IMG/VR virus record: IMGVR_UViG_3300028578_000003
Coordinates: 64,001 to 128,000 of that record
Strand: one strand, 5' to 3'
Origin: a virus
Length of the DNA stretch: 64,000 bases
Both the position numbers and the translations under genes were made by a program. Positions 54,940 through 64,000 of the stretch are shown in pieces. The notes beneath the pieces are model-generated. The model saw only the letters and a program-made list of their open reading frames with translations, searched no databases and was not told the origin of the DNA. Positions within the stretch are counted from its first letter, which is position 1. Every line of letters starts with the position of its first letter.

Positions 54940-56762
54940 TCCGGCGGCTGATGTACGCGGCGACGGCTATCGCCATGGTCGCGGTCACGTCGATGGTGTG
55001 GGCGCAGCCGGCGCAGGCCGCCCCGGCCGGGCTGTGCACTGTCCAGGAATGGACGACCCCCGCGCTCTTCGCTGACTGCGCCGGCCGGCTCGGCAAGCAG
55101 GCCACCGACGCCGTGGGCTGCGTCGGCGCGCCTATGCCAGGCTCGCCGACCTCGGGCATGCCAGGCATGTTCAGTTCCCGGCCGGAGAGCTCGCTGCGTT
55201 CGGGGGTGACCGGGCGCTACTCGATGTACGGCACCGGTGGGTACGGCCTGGACACCTACGACCTCGGCTGCATGGCCGATATCCGGCACCCGGGCGTGAC
55301 CACCTGGAACACGATCGCCAGCGGCGAGTTTTGGCTGGCGTCCCTCATCGTCAGCGCGGCCAACGGGCTACGCGAGTGGGCGTACGAACCCAGCTTGGTG
55401 TGGGGTTGGGCCGACGGGTTCGTCGAGTCCGCCACCACCGCGATCTTCGAGTACGTCTTCTCCGTCCTCGGGACCATCTCGATCATCGTCGTCGGCCTGC
55501 TACTGGTGGTCCACTCCCGGCACGGGCAGATGTCCAAGGCGCTGACCTCGGCCGGCTGGGCGCTGTTCATCATGGTGGCGATCACCGCGATCGCCAGATA
55601 TCCCGTCTACGCCACGCACGCCGCCGACTCGGCCACCACATCCGGCATCGACCTCATCCACAGTGCCGCCGACAAGGCCATCGGTCCGGGCCCGCAGAAC
55701 GGGGACGACCCGGAGTGTCGTGTTAGCGCCGACCCGGCCGCGTGCATCGACCACCGCACCCCCGCGGTCCGGGCCTCCGACAGCGCCACCGAGGCGATCC
55801 TCTACCGGTCGTGGCTGCGCGCCGTGCTCGGCTCGGCGGACGGACCCACCGCCGACAAGTACGGCCCCGCCCTGTACGACGCGACCACCCTCACCTGGGA
55901 CGAGCAGGCCCGCGCCGACCAGTCCCCGCAACTACGCAAAAACCTGCTGGACCAGAAGGCGGCGACGTTCAACGCGATCGCCGCGCAGCTGAGCGACGAG
56001 GACCCCGAGGCGTACGAACATCTACAGGGCATCCACGGCTGGGACCGGGCCAGCGCCGGCCTGTTCGCCGTGCTCGCCGCGCTGGCATTCGCCGCGTTCG
56101 ACATGACCGCTTCGCTGGTGGTCCTGTTCGGGTTCGCGGTCTTCCGGATCGCGGTCGTGATCGCGCCCCTGGTGGGCTCCTACGGTGTGATCCAGCCGGC
56201 CAGCGGCGGTGTACGCCGGATCACCAACACGGTGGTCGCGTCCGCGTTCAACATCGTCATCTTCGGCGGCGTCGGCGCCCTGTACCTGGCCGCGTTCGCG
56301 CGGATCAGCAGCAGCTCAATGCCCCCCGCCGCCCAACTCGCCATAACCGCGCTGCTTTCGGTCGCGTGCCTGATCGTGCTGCGCCCGATCCGGCACATGA
56401 CCTCCACGCTCACCGGCCGGGCCCGCTCCGAGGACGGGCTCGGGCAGCGGCTCTGGAACGCGGGCAAGGAGATCGCCACCCGGCGGCCCGCCGAGCCGGC
56501 GGCGGCCGCGTCCGAGGCGCCGACCAGCGCGCCGCCGGCACCGACGCGACCCGAAGCGACGCCCGGCCCATCCCGACCCGAGGCGACGCCTGTCCCACCG
56601 CGCCCTGAGGCGCCGCCGTCCGCCCCTCCGCGGCCCGAGCATGAACCGGTCGCCGCGCCGGCCGAGGGTCGGCGTTCCACCACGGCGGTGCTCACCGAGG
56701 CGGTCGCGCCTTCCGCGTCCGGGTTCGTCAAGCGCCTCAGCCGGCCCGAGGGAGGGAACTGA
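54936..56762 (+). CDS. VirB6/TrbL (TcpH)-like polytopic membrane protein
   Basis: Signal peptide, multiple TMs with large loop, Pro-rich tail with RPE repeats; follows VirB4. Confidence 0.72.
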   Translation: MIRRLMYAATAIAMVAVTSMVWAQPAQAAPAGLCTVQEWTTPALFADCAGRLGKQATDAVGCVGAPMPGSPTSGMPGMFSSRPESSLRSGVTGRYSMYGTGGYGLDTYDLGCMADIRHPGVTTWNTIASGEFWLASLIVSAANGLREWAYEPSLVWGWADGFVESATTAIFEYVFSVLGTISIIVVGLLLVVHSRHGQMSKALTSAGWALFIMVAITAIARYPVYATHAADSATTSGIDLIHSAADKAIGPGPQNGDDPECRVSADPAACIDHRTPAVRASDSATEAILYRSWLRAVLGSADGPTADKYGPALYDATTLTWDEQARADQSPQLRKNLLDQKAATFNAIAAQLSDEDPEAYEHLQGIHGWDRASAGLFAVLAALAFAAFDMTASLVVLFGFAVFRIAVVIAPLVGSYGVIQPASGGVRRITNTVVASAFNIVIFGGVGALYLAAFARISSSSMPPAAQLAITALLSVACLIVLRPIRHMTSTLTGRARSEDGLGQRLWNAGKEIATRRPAEPAAAASEAPTSAPPAPTRPEATPGPSRPEATPVPPRPEAPPSAPPRPEHEPVAAPAEGRRSTTAVLTEAVAPSASGFVKRLSRPEGGN

Positions 56763-56764
56763 CG

Positions 56765-57382
56765 ATGCCCAGGATGCCGAAGATGACCCTCCGCAGGGTG
56801 GCGCTCGTCTCGCTGCTGGCGCTGCTCGCCCTGCTCGCGCTCGTCGCCCAGCTCGACGGCGGCGACGGCGGTCGACAGGACCAGCTGGTGCCGCTGCCGC
56901 CGACCGTCACCGCCACAGCGACCCCTGGTGTCACCGCCAGCCCGACCGTGTCGCCGTCGCCGTCGGTCGACGACCACGGTCACGACGGCGACGACGGTGT
57001 GGCCGGTAACGGTCCGGCAACCCCCACCCCGCCGCCGGACGTCCGCGAGGCCGCCGCCGCGTGCGGGGCCGCGTGGCTCAACGCCTACACACAAACCCCC
57101 GAGCAGTGGCACGAGGCGTTGGCCAAGCGGGTCACCAGCGACCTGGCCGCCGAGCTCGCCGGCGTCGACCCGCGCGACCAGGTGCCAGTCGGGCGAACCG
57201 ACGACGGCAAGGTTGAGGTCACCGCCGTCGGATCGGTGTGGGAAGCCACCGTGCCGATCGTCGACCGGCCCGGCGGCGCCAGGCTGGGTGTCCTCACCGT
57301 CACCGTGCGCCGCGCCACCAACGCCACCTTCCGCACCGACCAGTGGCTGATCTCGGAGCTGGGCTGGGAGCCGCAACGATGA
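56765..57382 (+). CDS. VirB8/TcpC-like membrane-anchored protein
   Basis: TM, Pro/Thr linker, AAAA..AAWL...W...L...DQWLISEL (NTF2-like). Confidence 0.5.
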   Translation: MPRMPKMTLRRVALVSLLALLALLALVAQLDGGDGGRQDQLVPLPPTVTATATPGVTASPTVSPSPSVDDHGHDGDDGVAGNGPATPTPPPDVREAAAACGAAWLNAYTQTPEQWHEALAKRVTSDLAAELAGVDPRDQVPVGRTDDGKVEVTAVGSVWEATVPIVDRPGGARLGVLTVTVRRATNATFRTDQWLISELGWEPQR

Positions 57383-58500
57383 GGCGCATCCCGGTCTCGC
57401 TCGCCGTCGCGGTCACCGCGACGGTGGCGTTGTGCTGCGGTGGCGGCGGCCTGGTCGTCGCGGCCGGCACGATGACCGGTGGAAGCCCCAACAAGCCGCG
57501 CACCCAAAACGCGTCGACGCAGTGCGGCACCGCCGCCAACATCCCGACCGTCAAGCGGGATACGCCGAAGGTGGCCGGGTTCAACGCCCGCCAGATCGAG
57601 AACGCCGCCACGATCGTGAAGGTCGGCCAGGACCTCGAGGTGCCGCCGCGCGGCTGGATCATCGCGGTCGCCACCGCGATGCAAGAGTCGTCGCTGGACA
57701 ACCTCGGCCACCTCGGCGAGGACAACGACCACGACTCACTCGGGCTGTTCCAGCAGCGACCCAGTCAAGGCTGGGGTACACCAGAGCAGGTCCGCGACCC
57801 GGTGTACGCGTCGAAGAAGTTCTACCAGGCGCTGCTCAAGGTGCCCGACTGGCAGACGATGCCGCTGACCCGCGCCGCGCAGACGGTGCAGCGGTCGGCG
57901 TACCCCGACGCGTACGCCAAGCACGAGCCCAAAGCAACCGAGATCGTCGACAAGATCACCGGCGGCGCGTCCAAGACCGCGGTGACCGCGCAGGTCGCCG
58001 GCCGGTGCGCCAAGCCGGACGAGGTCACCTCCGGCGGTTGGGTCCGCCCGGTCGACGCCCCGGTCGGCAGCGGGTACCGGACCGCTGAGCGGCCCGACCA
58101 CCAAGGCGTCGACCTGTCGACCCGCCGCGGTGTCCCGGTCCGGGCCGCCGCCGCCGGGACCGTGATCCACATGGAGTGCGACAAAGCCGAGATCGGCTAC
58201 AACTGCGACCGCGACGGGTCGCCGTCGACGCCCGGCTGTGGCTGGTACCTGGACATCCGGCACAGCGGCAACTGGGTCACCCGCTACTGCCACCTGCTGC
58301 GCAAGCCGCTGGTCGGCACCGGAGACAAGGTGACCGCCGGGCAGCAGATCGGGCTGCTCGGCACGTCCGGGCACAGCTCCGGACCGCACCTGCACTTCGA
58401 GGTCCACAAGAACGGCGGCCGCACCAAGGCGACCGCGATCAACCCGGTCAAATTCATGGCCGACCGGGGTGCTCCCCTGGGAGAAGGGAAACGGGCATGA
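57379..58500 (+). CDS. Conjugative cell-wall hydrolase (lysozyme-like + M23 peptidase)
   Basis: ATAMQES.L.N..DHDSLGLFQQRPSQGWG; HQGVDL; YCHL; GHSSGPHLHFEV. Confidence 0.9.
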   Translation: MRRIPVSLAVAVTATVALCCGGGGLVVAAGTMTGGSPNKPRTQNASTQCGTAANIPTVKRDTPKVAGFNARQIENAATIVKVGQDLEVPPRGWIIAVATAMQESSLDNLGHLGEDNDHDSLGLFQQRPSQGWGTPEQVRDPVYASKKFYQALLKVPDWQTMPLTRAAQTVQRSAYPDAYAKHEPKATEIVDKITGGASKTAVTAQVAGRCAKPDEVTSGGWVRPVDAPVGSGYRTAERPDHQGVDLSTRRGVPVRAAAAGTVIHMECDKAEIGYNCDRDGSPSTPGCGWYLDIRHSGNWVTRYCHLLRKPLVGTGDKVTAGQQIGLLGTSGHSSGPHLHFEVHKNGGRTKATAINPVKFMADRGAPLGEGKRA

Positions 58501-58823
58501 GGATCCGATACTGGCTCGCCCTAGCCGTCTTCGTGACGATGGGTGTCACGTGGGTCACCGACGGCAACCCGTCGTTCGCGCTCGTGATGGTCGGGGTCGG
58601 CTTGCTCCGGTCCTGGTTTACCGCAGCCGTCGCTATCCTGCTCTGCCTCACGGCGGGCCTCGGCCTGTTCGCCGTGACCGCCGCGCTCCTGGCCGTCTAC
58701 ACCATCCTCGTGCTGGCTGGCGATCTGCTCCAGCCCGCACCCGTTCTACGCCTCCACCGGGCCGCAGCGTCAGCCATCGAGGCTGGACCGGCCACGAACT
58801 CTCTGAAGGGAGAGCGCTCATGA
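58497..58823 (+). CDS. Hydrophobic membrane protein
   Basis: ATGA overlaps; three to four TMs. Confidence 0.6.
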   Translation: MRIRYWLALAVFVTMGVTWVTDGNPSFALVMVGVGLLRSWFTAAVAILLCLTAGLGLFAVTAALLAVYTILVLAGDLLQPAPVLRLHRAAASAIEAGPATNSLKGERS

Positions 58824-59395
58824 AGGCCGCTTGGAAGGGCATCTTCGGCATCCCGAAGCGGATCATCGTCGCCGTCTTCACCGATCCGCTCGCCGCAGCG
58901 TCGTTCCTGCTGGCGTCGCTGGGCGGGATGATGGCGGCCGGCACGTTCATCGGCTCGATCATCATCTGGATCATCCACGTCGGCCCGGTGTGGTTGCCGT
59001 TCCCGCTCGCCGCTGTCGGCGTGGTGCTCCTGGGCGGTGACCTGATCCGCGACGGCATCCCGGAGCGGCTGGCCGTCTACATCTCGATGGCCCTGCCGTC
59101 GGTGTTCATGTCGATGCCCGAGGAAGGCAAGCTCCACCAGAAGTTCGCCGGCTGGATCAAGGACGTCAACAACAAGATGAACGACTGGCTCGGCGAGTGG
59201 ATCGGCATGACCGGGTCCAAGGCGGTCATGACCGTGGTCGCCTTTTCCTGCCTCGCGGCAGCCGTTCTGCTCTGCGAGCGGTACGCGCGCGGCGCCAAGG
59301 GCTCGCTGGCCTCCGCGTCGACGACCGAACCCGTCAGCACGACCAGCACCCGCACCACGGCCAGCAGCAGCCGCGGCCGCGGCGGGAAGCGCTGA
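58820..59395 (+). CDS. Membrane protein (transfer region)
   Basis: Multiple TMs; AAGGGAG RBS. Confidence 0.7.
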   Translation: MKAAWKGIFGIPKRIIVAVFTDPLAAASFLLASLGGMMAAGTFIGSIIIWIIHVGPVWLPFPLAAVGVVLLGGDLIRDGIPERLAVYISMALPSVFMSMPEEGKLHQKFAGWIKDVNNKMNDWLGEWIGMTGSKAVMTVVAFSCLAAAVLLCERYARGAKGSLASASTTEPVSTTSTRTTASSSRGRGGKR

Positions 59396-59398
59396 GCG

Positions 59399-59689
59399 AT
59401 GCCGACGCGGGAAGTCTCCACGGCCAACCGGGAGCAGCATCACCTGGATCGGATCCGGGCGCAGGTGACCGCGCGCGGCCGGTTCTGGAGGGTGTGTGCC
59501 TGGGTGATCGCGGAGGCCGTCCGCGACGACGACGTCGACCGTGTGTCGCAGCACCTGCTCGGTCTTGTGGAGCTCCTCCGGACGGGTAAGCCCCTGCCCC
59601 GGGAGCTCCACAAGACGGGGGCAACCCTCGCGAGGGCAGCCCACCTCAACACCTTCTTGGCCGATACCGAAGGGAAGGAGGCGGCATGA
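59399..59689 (+). CDS. Hypothetical protein
   Basis: Tightly packed in operon. Confidence 0.55.
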   Translation: MPTREVSTANREQHHLDRIRAQVTARGRFWRVCAWVIAEAVRDDDVDRVSQHLLGLVELLRTGKPLPRELHKTGATLARAAHLNTFLADTEGKEAA

Positions 59690-60096
59690 CCGCCGCAGTT
59701 CCGGCCGCCGATGTCCCCGTGGACACCGTGACCGAACCCGAGGACAGCAAGACGTCCGCGGCCGCCGCCGTCAAGGAGAAGGCCGCCGCCGTGTTGACCA
59801 GGGCCGGGGGCTGGCGTGGATTCGTCACCCACCCCATGCCAGTAAAGGAGGCGTGGGAACGGTCGTGGATCATCGACCGGCGGCGGATCCCAGCTGACAG
59901 CAGCTGGTGGTACTGGTGGTGGTACTGGTCGAACCGCACCGACCGGATCCTGCTTTTCGGCGTGTTGATGATCCTGCCGACCGCGCTAAACAAGCCGGTG
60001 CTGTACGCCGCGCAGCGGCCGACCCGCCGCTGGGGCATGTACCTGGTGGTGTTCTGCCTGCTGGTTATCCTGCCGGCCGCTACGGCGGTGGCATAG
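59686..60096 (+). CDS. Trp-rich membrane protein preceding translocase
   Basis: AAGGAGG RBS; WWYWWWYW; C-terminal TMs. Confidence 0.7.
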   Translation: MTAAVPAADVPVDTVTEPEDSKTSAAAAVKEKAAAVLTRAGGWRGFVTHPMPVKEAWERSWIIDRRRIPADSSWWYWWWYWSNRTDRILLFGVLMILPTALNKPVLYAAQRPTRRWGMYLVVFCLLVILPAATAVA

Positions 60097-60099
60097 CCG

Positions 60100-62202
60100 A
60101 TGAGCAACTCCAGCCGCGCCGTGCGCGCGTTCGTCGCCGAGGTCGTTCGGCCCCCCGATCCGGAAGAGGACAAGAAGCAGGAGAAGCAGCCGACCGTCGC
60201 CGCGGAACACAAGAAGGCGGTCGCGGTCGGTGCGAAGCTGTACCGGCAGCAGCTGCCCCCGTGGGGAGTGTTCCTGGCCGCGCTACTCGGCGGCATTATC
60301 GTCCACAACGGACAGTACGGGCTCGGGACCGTGTTGTTCGTGCCGGTGCTCGCGATCGTCAGCTACCTGGTCACCGACTTCCTGCTGACGCGCAAGAGCC
60401 AAAACGCCGGCCGGACCGAGCGGGGACAGCAGACCGGCCGCCGGATCCGCCGGATCAACACCCGCGCGTGGCGGTCTGGCAAGGTCGGCTTCGCCGTCGG
60501 CGTGTGGCTGGTCGCGGTCGCTGCCACTACGCCGCCGGCGTTTCCGTACGGGCTGGGTGACTTGCCCGGGGTCGTGGTGTGGTGGGGTGGTGTCGCGGTG
60601 TGGGCCGGGGCGTCTTGGGATGGCTGGTGGCAGCCCGCCGAGGAAGCCGGTCCGCATGAGCTGATGGGGGAGGAGCCAGCCGATTCGGTTGAGGAGCCGG
60701 TTGGGCCGGTCACCGTCGACCAGGCGCCTACCGCCACGCCCCCACCGGCGCCCGTACGGCAGCGGCCCGCTTATCCGCCACGCGAGCAGGAGCTGCCGCT
60801 GCCGATGGTGCTCCGGCGGACGGTGCCCGCCGGCAGTCAGGTCCTCGTCGCCGACAAGCGTGAGGAGGTCCAGAGGGTCCTCGACGACCAGGGCGCGCTC
60901 GGGAAGGTGGTCGGGGTCGTTATCGGGCCGTCCACGATCCAGTACAACATTGAGCCCAACGAGAGGGTCAAGACGGCGAAGATCCTCAATCTGAAGAACG
61001 ACTTCGGGTTGGCGCTGAAGACCGGGACCTTCCGCTTCCTGGCCCCGGTCGAGGGGCACTCGTTCGTCGGCATCGAAGCGCCCCGCGCGGAGGAGGACCG
61101 CGAGGACGTCCCGCTGGGTGAGGTCCTGGCCAGCCGCGCCGCCCGAGACAACGACGGCACGCTGCTGCTGGCGCTTGGCAAAGACACCCAGGGCGGGCAC
61201 GTCGTCGTCGACCTGGCCCGCCTGCCGCACATACTCATCGCCGGCGCGAGCGGCGCGGGCAAGTCCGAGTGCGTCAACTCGCTGCTGTGCTCGATCCTCA
61301 ACCGGGCCACACCCAGGCAGGTCCGGTTGCTGCTGATCGACCTGAAGCGGGTCGAGCTGGCCGCCTACAAGGACGTCCCGCACCTGGTCACCGAGGTCGT
61401 GACCGAAGCCGAGGCGGCGGCGAACGCGCTGCGGTGGGCCGTACGGGAGATGGAGAACCGGTACGTCCGGATCGCCGCGGCCGGCGCCCGTAACATCGAC
61501 GAGTACAACAAGGCCGGGCTCGGCCCGTTCATGTCCAAGCTCGTGATCCTGGTGGACGAGTTCGCCGCACTCATGATCACCGCCGAGGACGGGAGCGACG
61601 TCGAGCAGAACGTCGTACGGGTGGCGCAGGAGGGCCGCGCCTCAGGCGTCCACCTGATCCTGGCGACGCAGCGCCCGTCAGTCGACGTGATCACCGGCTT
61701 GATCAAGGCCAACATCGGGGCACGGTTGGCGTTCATGACCACGTCGCTCCGGGATTCGATGGTCATCCTCGATGCGCCCGGCGCGGAGAAACTCCTCGGC
61801 CGCGGCGACGCGCTCTGGCGGGAGAACGGGGCGGCCCGCCCGATCCGGCTGCAGGGCTCACTGGTCACCAATCCCGAGATCGCCGCCACCGTCGACCACT
61901 GGCGCAAACACGGCAAGGCCGGGTTCATCCCCGCTGTCACCGAGCCCGTGGATGTGGAACCGGTTCGCGGTCCGCGGCTGGCCCGCGACGAGGTGCTCGA
62001 CGCCGGCCGCCGACTCCGTGACCACGACGGCACGGTCTACAAGCAGCAGATCGTGGATGCCACGCCCGGCATGAACCCAGCCACCCGCAACGCGGCGATC
62101 ACGGACCTGTTCCGCTCCGGCGACTTCCAGAAAACCGACAGCAACGCCAAGTACCTGGTGCCCGACGAACGGGCCGAGAAGGCAGGAGACCCGACCGAAT
62201 GA
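60100..62202 (+). CDS. ftsK: FtsK/SpoIIIE-family DNA translocase (TraB-like), C-terminal wHTH
   Basis: N-terminal TMs; LPHILIAGASGAGKS, IDLKRVEL, LVDEF, GRASGVHLILATQRPS, GAEKLLGRGD. Confidence 0.9.
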   Translation: MSNSSRAVRAFVAEVVRPPDPEEDKKQEKQPTVAAEHKKAVAVGAKLYRQQLPPWGVFLAALLGGIIVHNGQYGLGTVLFVPVLAIVSYLVTDFLLTRKSQNAGRTERGQQTGRRIRRINTRAWRSGKVGFAVGVWLVAVAATTPPAFPYGLGDLPGVVVWWGGVAVWAGASWDGWWQPAEEAGPHELMGEEPADSVEEPVGPVTVDQAPTATPPPAPVRQRPAYPPREQELPLPMVLRRTVPAGSQVLVADKREEVQRVLDDQGALGKVVGVVIGPSTIQYNIEPNERVKTAKILNLKNDFGLALKTGTFRFLAPVEGHSFVGIEAPRAEEDREDVPLGEVLASRAARDNDGTLLLALGKDTQGGHVVVDLARLPHILIAGASGAGKSECVNSLLCSILNRATPRQVRLLLIDLKRVELAAYKDVPHLVTEVVTEAEAAANALRWAVREMENRYVRIAAAGARNIDEYNKAGLGPFMSKLVILVDEFAALMITAEDGSDVEQNVVRVAQEGRASGVHLILATQRPSVDVITGLIKANIGARLAFMTTSLRDSMVILDAPGAEKLLGRGDALWRENGAARPIRLQGSLVTNPEIAATVDHWRKHGKAGFIPAVTEPVDVEPVRGPRLARDEVLDAGRRLRDHDGTVYKQQIVDATPGMNPATRNAAITDLFRSGDFQKTDSNAKYLVPDERAEKAGDPTE

Positions 62203-63044
62203 CCACCACCACCGAACCGATCTACGGCGACCTCGACATTGACTTCACCGACTTCGATGAGTCGGTTGAAACGCTGCGCAGGTACGAGGGCGACACCTGG
62301 GCCAGCGTGCTGTACGCCGCCGCCGACTTCGTCCTCGCGCACGGCACGCCCGCCGACCACTTCAGCGGGGCGCAGCTGACCGAGATGCAGGAACACGACC
62401 CGGATCTCGTCACCGCCTGGGACGTGGTCGCCCACTGGTCGCAACTGCGCGGCGACGGACTGCGGTCCCGGCCGGCGACGTTCGAAGACCACCTGCTGGA
62501 CGAGTGCGAGGCCTGCGTGTGGCTCTCGGACGTCCTCACCCACATCGTGGAACTGAACCAGGAACCCTGTACCCGGTGCGCCCGGGGTATTGAAGGCCAC
62601 GACGTCGCACCCGACCTGGCAGACGACGGCGCCGAAAACTGGCTTAAGTCGCGGCGCCTGTGCAAGGAGCCCTGGGACCGTGTCCGCGAACCGCTGGTCG
62701 AACCGCCCGGCACGCTCGGCGGCTACCAGGTCAGCGAGGCGGTCACCGCACGCTGGGTCGCCCAGCTGGTCGACGGCAACTACGCCCTCATCTACCGCAC
62801 CTACTACCGCTGCCGCGTGGACGACGGCAGCCTGATCATCGAGCGGGAGGACTGGTACGTCGTCGCCAGCGACCCGGACAACCCCAAGGAAACCAAGATC
62901 TTGGAGAACTCCGAGACCGAGGACACCGAGTCGGACGACCCCGAAGGGGAGGACCTGGCGGCGCTGGTCGACCAGTCGTTCGACCCGGAGCTGCGCGAGT
63001 GGACCACGATGATGCCCGAAGCGGCCGGCTTCCGCTACAAGTGA
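62199..63044 (+). CDS. Acidic Cys-containing hypothetical protein (paralog 1)
   Basis: ATGA overlap with translocase; full-length similarity to next gene. Confidence 0.8.
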   Translation: MTTTTEPIYGDLDIDFTDFDESVETLRRYEGDTWASVLYAAADFVLAHGTPADHFSGAQLTEMQEHDPDLVTAWDVVAHWSQLRGDGLRSRPATFEDHLLDECEACVWLSDVLTHIVELNQEPCTRCARGIEGHDVAPDLADDGAENWLKSRRLCKEPWDRVREPLVEPPGTLGGYQVSEAVTARWVAQLVDGNYALIYRTYYRCRVDDGSLIIEREDWYVVASDPDNPKETKILENSETEDTESDDPEGEDLAALVDQSFDPELREWTTMMPEAAGFRYK

Positions 63045-63075
63045 CCGCGCACCGCGCAGAGGGGACCGATCCGGC

Positions 63076-63912
63076 ATGACGGCGCCGGCCATCGAAGAGA
63101 TCGACTTCAGTGACGTTGACGCGGCGATCGCGGCGCTGCGCTCCCACGTGGGCATGCGCTCGGACGTCGAGATGTACGCCGCCGCTGACTTCGTCGCCGC
63201 GCAAGGCACCCTCGGTGACCTGTTCGACGACGACGAGCTCACCACCGCGCAGGTCCTGGAAGACGCCGACGCCATCTGGAACCTGATCGCCCACTGGTCG
63301 CTGCAGCGCGGTGACGGGCTACTGCACCGGCCGGAGACGTTCGAGGCCCACAAGTACGAGTGTGAAACCTGCGCGTGGCTCGAAGACGTGCTCGACCTGG
63401 TCGTGCGGCTGCGGCAGAAGCCTTGCGCTGTCTGCGCCAAGGGCGTCGACGAGCACATGTTCGCGCCTGCACCCACATGGGTCGACGGGGAGCTGCAGAT
63501 ATCCGACTGGTTCCAGGCGTTCGCCTGGTGCAAGGAGCCGTGGACCCGCTACCTCGAACCGCTGGTCGAGCCGCCCGGCAAGCTCGGCGCGTACCAGGTC
63601 AGCGACGCGTGCACCGCCCGCTGGACCGCACCGTTGATCAACGGTAGCCATGCGCTTCTGTATCGCACCTACTACCTGACCCGGGTCGAGGACGCCGTGT
63701 TCCTGGAGCGGGAGGACTGGTACGTCGTCTGCCTCAACCCGGCCGATCCGGAGGGCACCAAGGTCATGGAGAACTCGCGGACGGAGGAGGTCGAGTCGGA
63801 GGACCCCGAAGGCGAAGACCTGTTGGCGTTGGTCGAGCAGTCGTTCGATCCGGAGTTCGACGAGTGGCTCCGGTTCATGCCCCAGTCGTCCGCCTTCTAC
63901 TACGCGAGGTAG
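63076..63912 (+). CDS. Acidic Cys-containing hypothetical protein (paralog 2)
   Basis: Shared blocks CKEPW, EPLVEPPG, EREDWYVV, DPEGEDL, QSFDPE. Confidence 0.8.
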   Translation: MTAPAIEEIDFSDVDAAIAALRSHVGMRSDVEMYAAADFVAAQGTLGDLFDDDELTTAQVLEDADAIWNLIAHWSLQRGDGLLHRPETFEAHKYECETCAWLEDVLDLVVRLRQKPCAVCAKGVDEHMFAPAPTWVDGELQISDWFQAFAWCKEPWTRYLEPLVEPPGKLGAYQVSDACTARWTAPLINGSHALLYRTYYLTRVEDAVFLEREDWYVVCLNPADPEGTKVMENSRTEEVESEDPEGEDLLALVEQSFDPEFDEWLRFMPQSSAFYYAR

Positions 63913-64000
63913 GCGCGGCGGGGGCTTTCCTGCTCCCCGGTGACGTCCCGGTCCGATAACCTGACACGCAGTCGACGCACCAGACACGCGAAAATGTGCG

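Larger units (their letters stand above)
1..64000. mobile_element. Putative conjugative phage-plasmid (siphovirus morphogenesis + plasmid-type replication/partition + conjugation module); extends beyond the window
   Basis: Contiguous tail operon, Rep with iterons, ParB-like, VirB4/VirB6/M23/FtsK cluster; no host housekeeping genes in 64 kb; one promoter motif shared across early and transfer modules. Confidence 0.75.

Noticed and set aside
60100-62202. Host chromosomal ftsK or type VII secretion EccC
   Set aside because: Single ATPase domain, non-gamma-like wHTH end, no WXG100/mycosin genes, and located within a conjugation operon
1-64000. tRNA, rRNA, integrase, transposase, reverse transcriptase/DGR
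   Set aside because: No recognisable motifs found by eye; the fibre-gene repeats do not show adenine-specific variation and no RT is present. A formal tRNAscan/HMM search was not possible

Overview
High-GC actinobacterial DNA. The protein families suggest a Micromonosporaceae-like host, but this is inference. The window reads as part of one large mobile element with three blocks. (1) 1-20.0 kb, + strand: a siphovirus late operon with beta-helix and LamG/repeat accessory virion proteins, head-tail adaptor/stopper, tail terminator, major tail, two chaperones, tape measure, Dit and minor tail proteins, and a holin. The putative endolysin sits on the opposite strand at 20.5-21.4 kb. (2) 20.3-40.8 kb, - strand: plasmid-like maintenance and early genes, including ParB-like, DUF5131, YdjM-like hydrolase, SNF2 helicase, PD-(D/E)XK-like nuclease, an HTH replication initiator with six internal palindromic iterons, and DUF5999. 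(3) 40.9-63.9 kb, mostly + strand: short cargo genes driven by a repeated promoter family, then a Gram-positive conjugation cluster (DUF2637 Spd-like protein, pilin-like, VirB3/TcpE-like, VirB4, VirB6-like, VirB8/TcpC-like, M23 hydrolase, FtsK/TraB-type translocase) and two acidic paralogs. No integrase, ParA, relaxase, VirD4, terminase, portal or capsid gene is visible here. Best interpretation: a conjugative phage-plasmid. Notable non-coding signals are a CACSGTG-N23/24-TANNNT promoter family (about 11 copies) spanning the early and transfer modules, dense CRGGACGS octamer clusters (candidate TraB loading sites), iterons, an AT-rich 3x13-mer and two structured intergenic regions. All calls were made by eye from motifs and synteny, with no database search.
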